Of a stretch of 64,000 bases of DNA, positions 63,323-64,000 are shown piece after piece. Made by a program: the position numbers and the translations under genes. The DNA lies in assembly GCA_963840305.1 (NCBI GenBank), contig CAWIYE010000003.1, positions 134,739-198,738 of the forward strand, given 5' to 3'. Every line of letters begins with the position of its first letter. The stretch's first letter is position 1. The notes below the pieces were generated by a model. It was not told the DNA's origin and searched no databases. It was given only the letters and a program-made list of their open reading frames with translations. This DNA is from an uncultured Verrucomicrobiae bacterium. GTDB lineage: Bacteria; Verrucomicrobiota; Verrucomicrobiia; Chthoniobacterales; UBA10450.

Positions 63323-63416
63323 GTCATGTTGAGCGGAGCGAAGACATCTCAAACTGATTCTCCCATGACCAGCGCTGGAACGACAACCAGAGATGTTTCG
63401 CTTCGCTCAACATGAC
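63323..63416. repeat. REP hairpin, family 1
   Basis: GTCATGTTGAGCGGAGCGAAGACATCT ... AGAGATGTTTCGCTTCGCTCAACATGAC. Confidence 0.75.
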
Positions 63417-63436
63417 AGGCTGAACACATTAACGGT

Positions 63437-64000
63437 TCAACGCTTCAACCCAATTTGCTTTCCACAGCTTGAATAACCTTGTTGAACTGTGTCCTCTGAG
63501 TCGGCGCTGAGCTTCCGAGCTTTTTCAAAAAGAGATGATTTGAATTTTTCGTCCTTCAATTGGCCGAGGTTGATTCGCACGTTTAGCGCTGCGCCTTCTA
63601 TGCACGCGTGAGTAGCCAGCGCGCCGACACCCACATCCGAGATAGAGGCCGGATTTCCTTTTCCGGCCATTTCTGCCAGCAATGCATACGATTTCAATGC
63701 TATTTCCATAACTTTCAGAGGCACTTCCGCCGCGCATTTCGTCGCCGCTTCAATTGCAGCCGAACGCGCTGTCTTTTCTTCCGCCGACTCTTTGGGCAGC
63801 GCGAATGCGTCCATCACCTTGTTAAACGCAGCAGTGTCTTCGTCCACCAGCGACAGCAATTCATCTTTGAGTTGCTGCGCTTTGACCGCCCAATCGCTGA
63901 AATATTCGAGTTTGTCGTCCCAGCCGCGCTTTCCAGCCGAAAGATTCGCGACCATTCCGCCTAACGACGCACCTAAGGCTCCCATTAACGCTGCAACGGA
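63437..64000 (-). CDS. Cyclodeaminase/cyclohydrolase-family protein (FTCD C-terminal domain type), partial at the window edge
   Basis: GALGASLGGMVANL..., DTAAFNKVMDAFALPK and NPASISDVGVGAL. It sits next to hutI, consistent with histidine/formimino-group catabolism. The N-terminus lies beyond 64000. Confidence 0.7.
   Translation of the reverse strand, partial: SVAALMGALGASLGGMVANLSAGKRGWDDKLEYFSDWAVKAQQLKDELLSLVDEDTAAFNKVMDAFALPKESAEEKTARSAAIEAATKCAAEVPLKVMEIALKSYALLAEMAGKGNPASISDVGVGALATHACIEGAALNVRINLGQLKDEKFKSSLFEKARKLSADSEDTVQQGYSSCGKQIGLKR

Overview
This is a 64-kb bacterial chromosomal window. It probably comes from a soil Verrucomicrobiota/PVC-type organism. That is a low-confidence inference from the MoxR/Bat operon, the ECF-sigma plus Ser/Thr-kinase pair, and several palindromic REP families.

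Part 1 (1-8650) is accessory DNA. It holds at least 8 small, unrelated genes or ORF-less units, each separated by one copy of a same-orientation 43-140 bp repeat. The repeat has an RYYTGAC-type left box and a GTTAGGC/GTTAGAT-type right box. ORF ends sit tightly against these boxes, as in integron gene cassettes. No integrase is present in the window. The array runs into a roughly 3.5-kb decayed mobile-like segment. That segment carries a small HUH rolling-circle Rep-like gene behind a perfect TTGACA-17-TATAAT promoter, several disrupted genes, and an IS1/IS1595-like transposase with two in-frame stops.

Part 2 (8700-64000) is core chromosome: lysC, thrC, a 2-oxoacid dehydrogenase E1(alpha-beta fusion)/E2, pgsA, der, the moxR-DUF58-DUF4381-batA-batB/C-batD-batE operon, a C-N hydrolase, an ECF sigma plus Ser/Thr kinase-TPR sensor, cstA, valS, murI, glyQS, an OsmC-family protein, tRNA-Val, gdhA, tRNA-Pro, ychF, an OPT transporter, nagZ, nadD-rsfS, an FKBP PPIase, an L,D-transpeptidase, cinA, tig-clpP-clpX, and hutI plus a cyclodeaminase.

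Three further points stand out:
- A membrane-anchored peroxiredoxin-like gene has an in-frame TGA exactly at the catalytic Cys position, followed by a SECIS-like hairpin. It is a selenoprotein candidate.
- At least seven REP-like palindromic repeat families fill the intergenic gaps, and some sit inside coding regions.
- Roughly one frameshift per kb affects even essential genes. This most likely reflects indel errors in the assembly. Exact CDS ends are therefore approximate, and any pseudogene call needs care.
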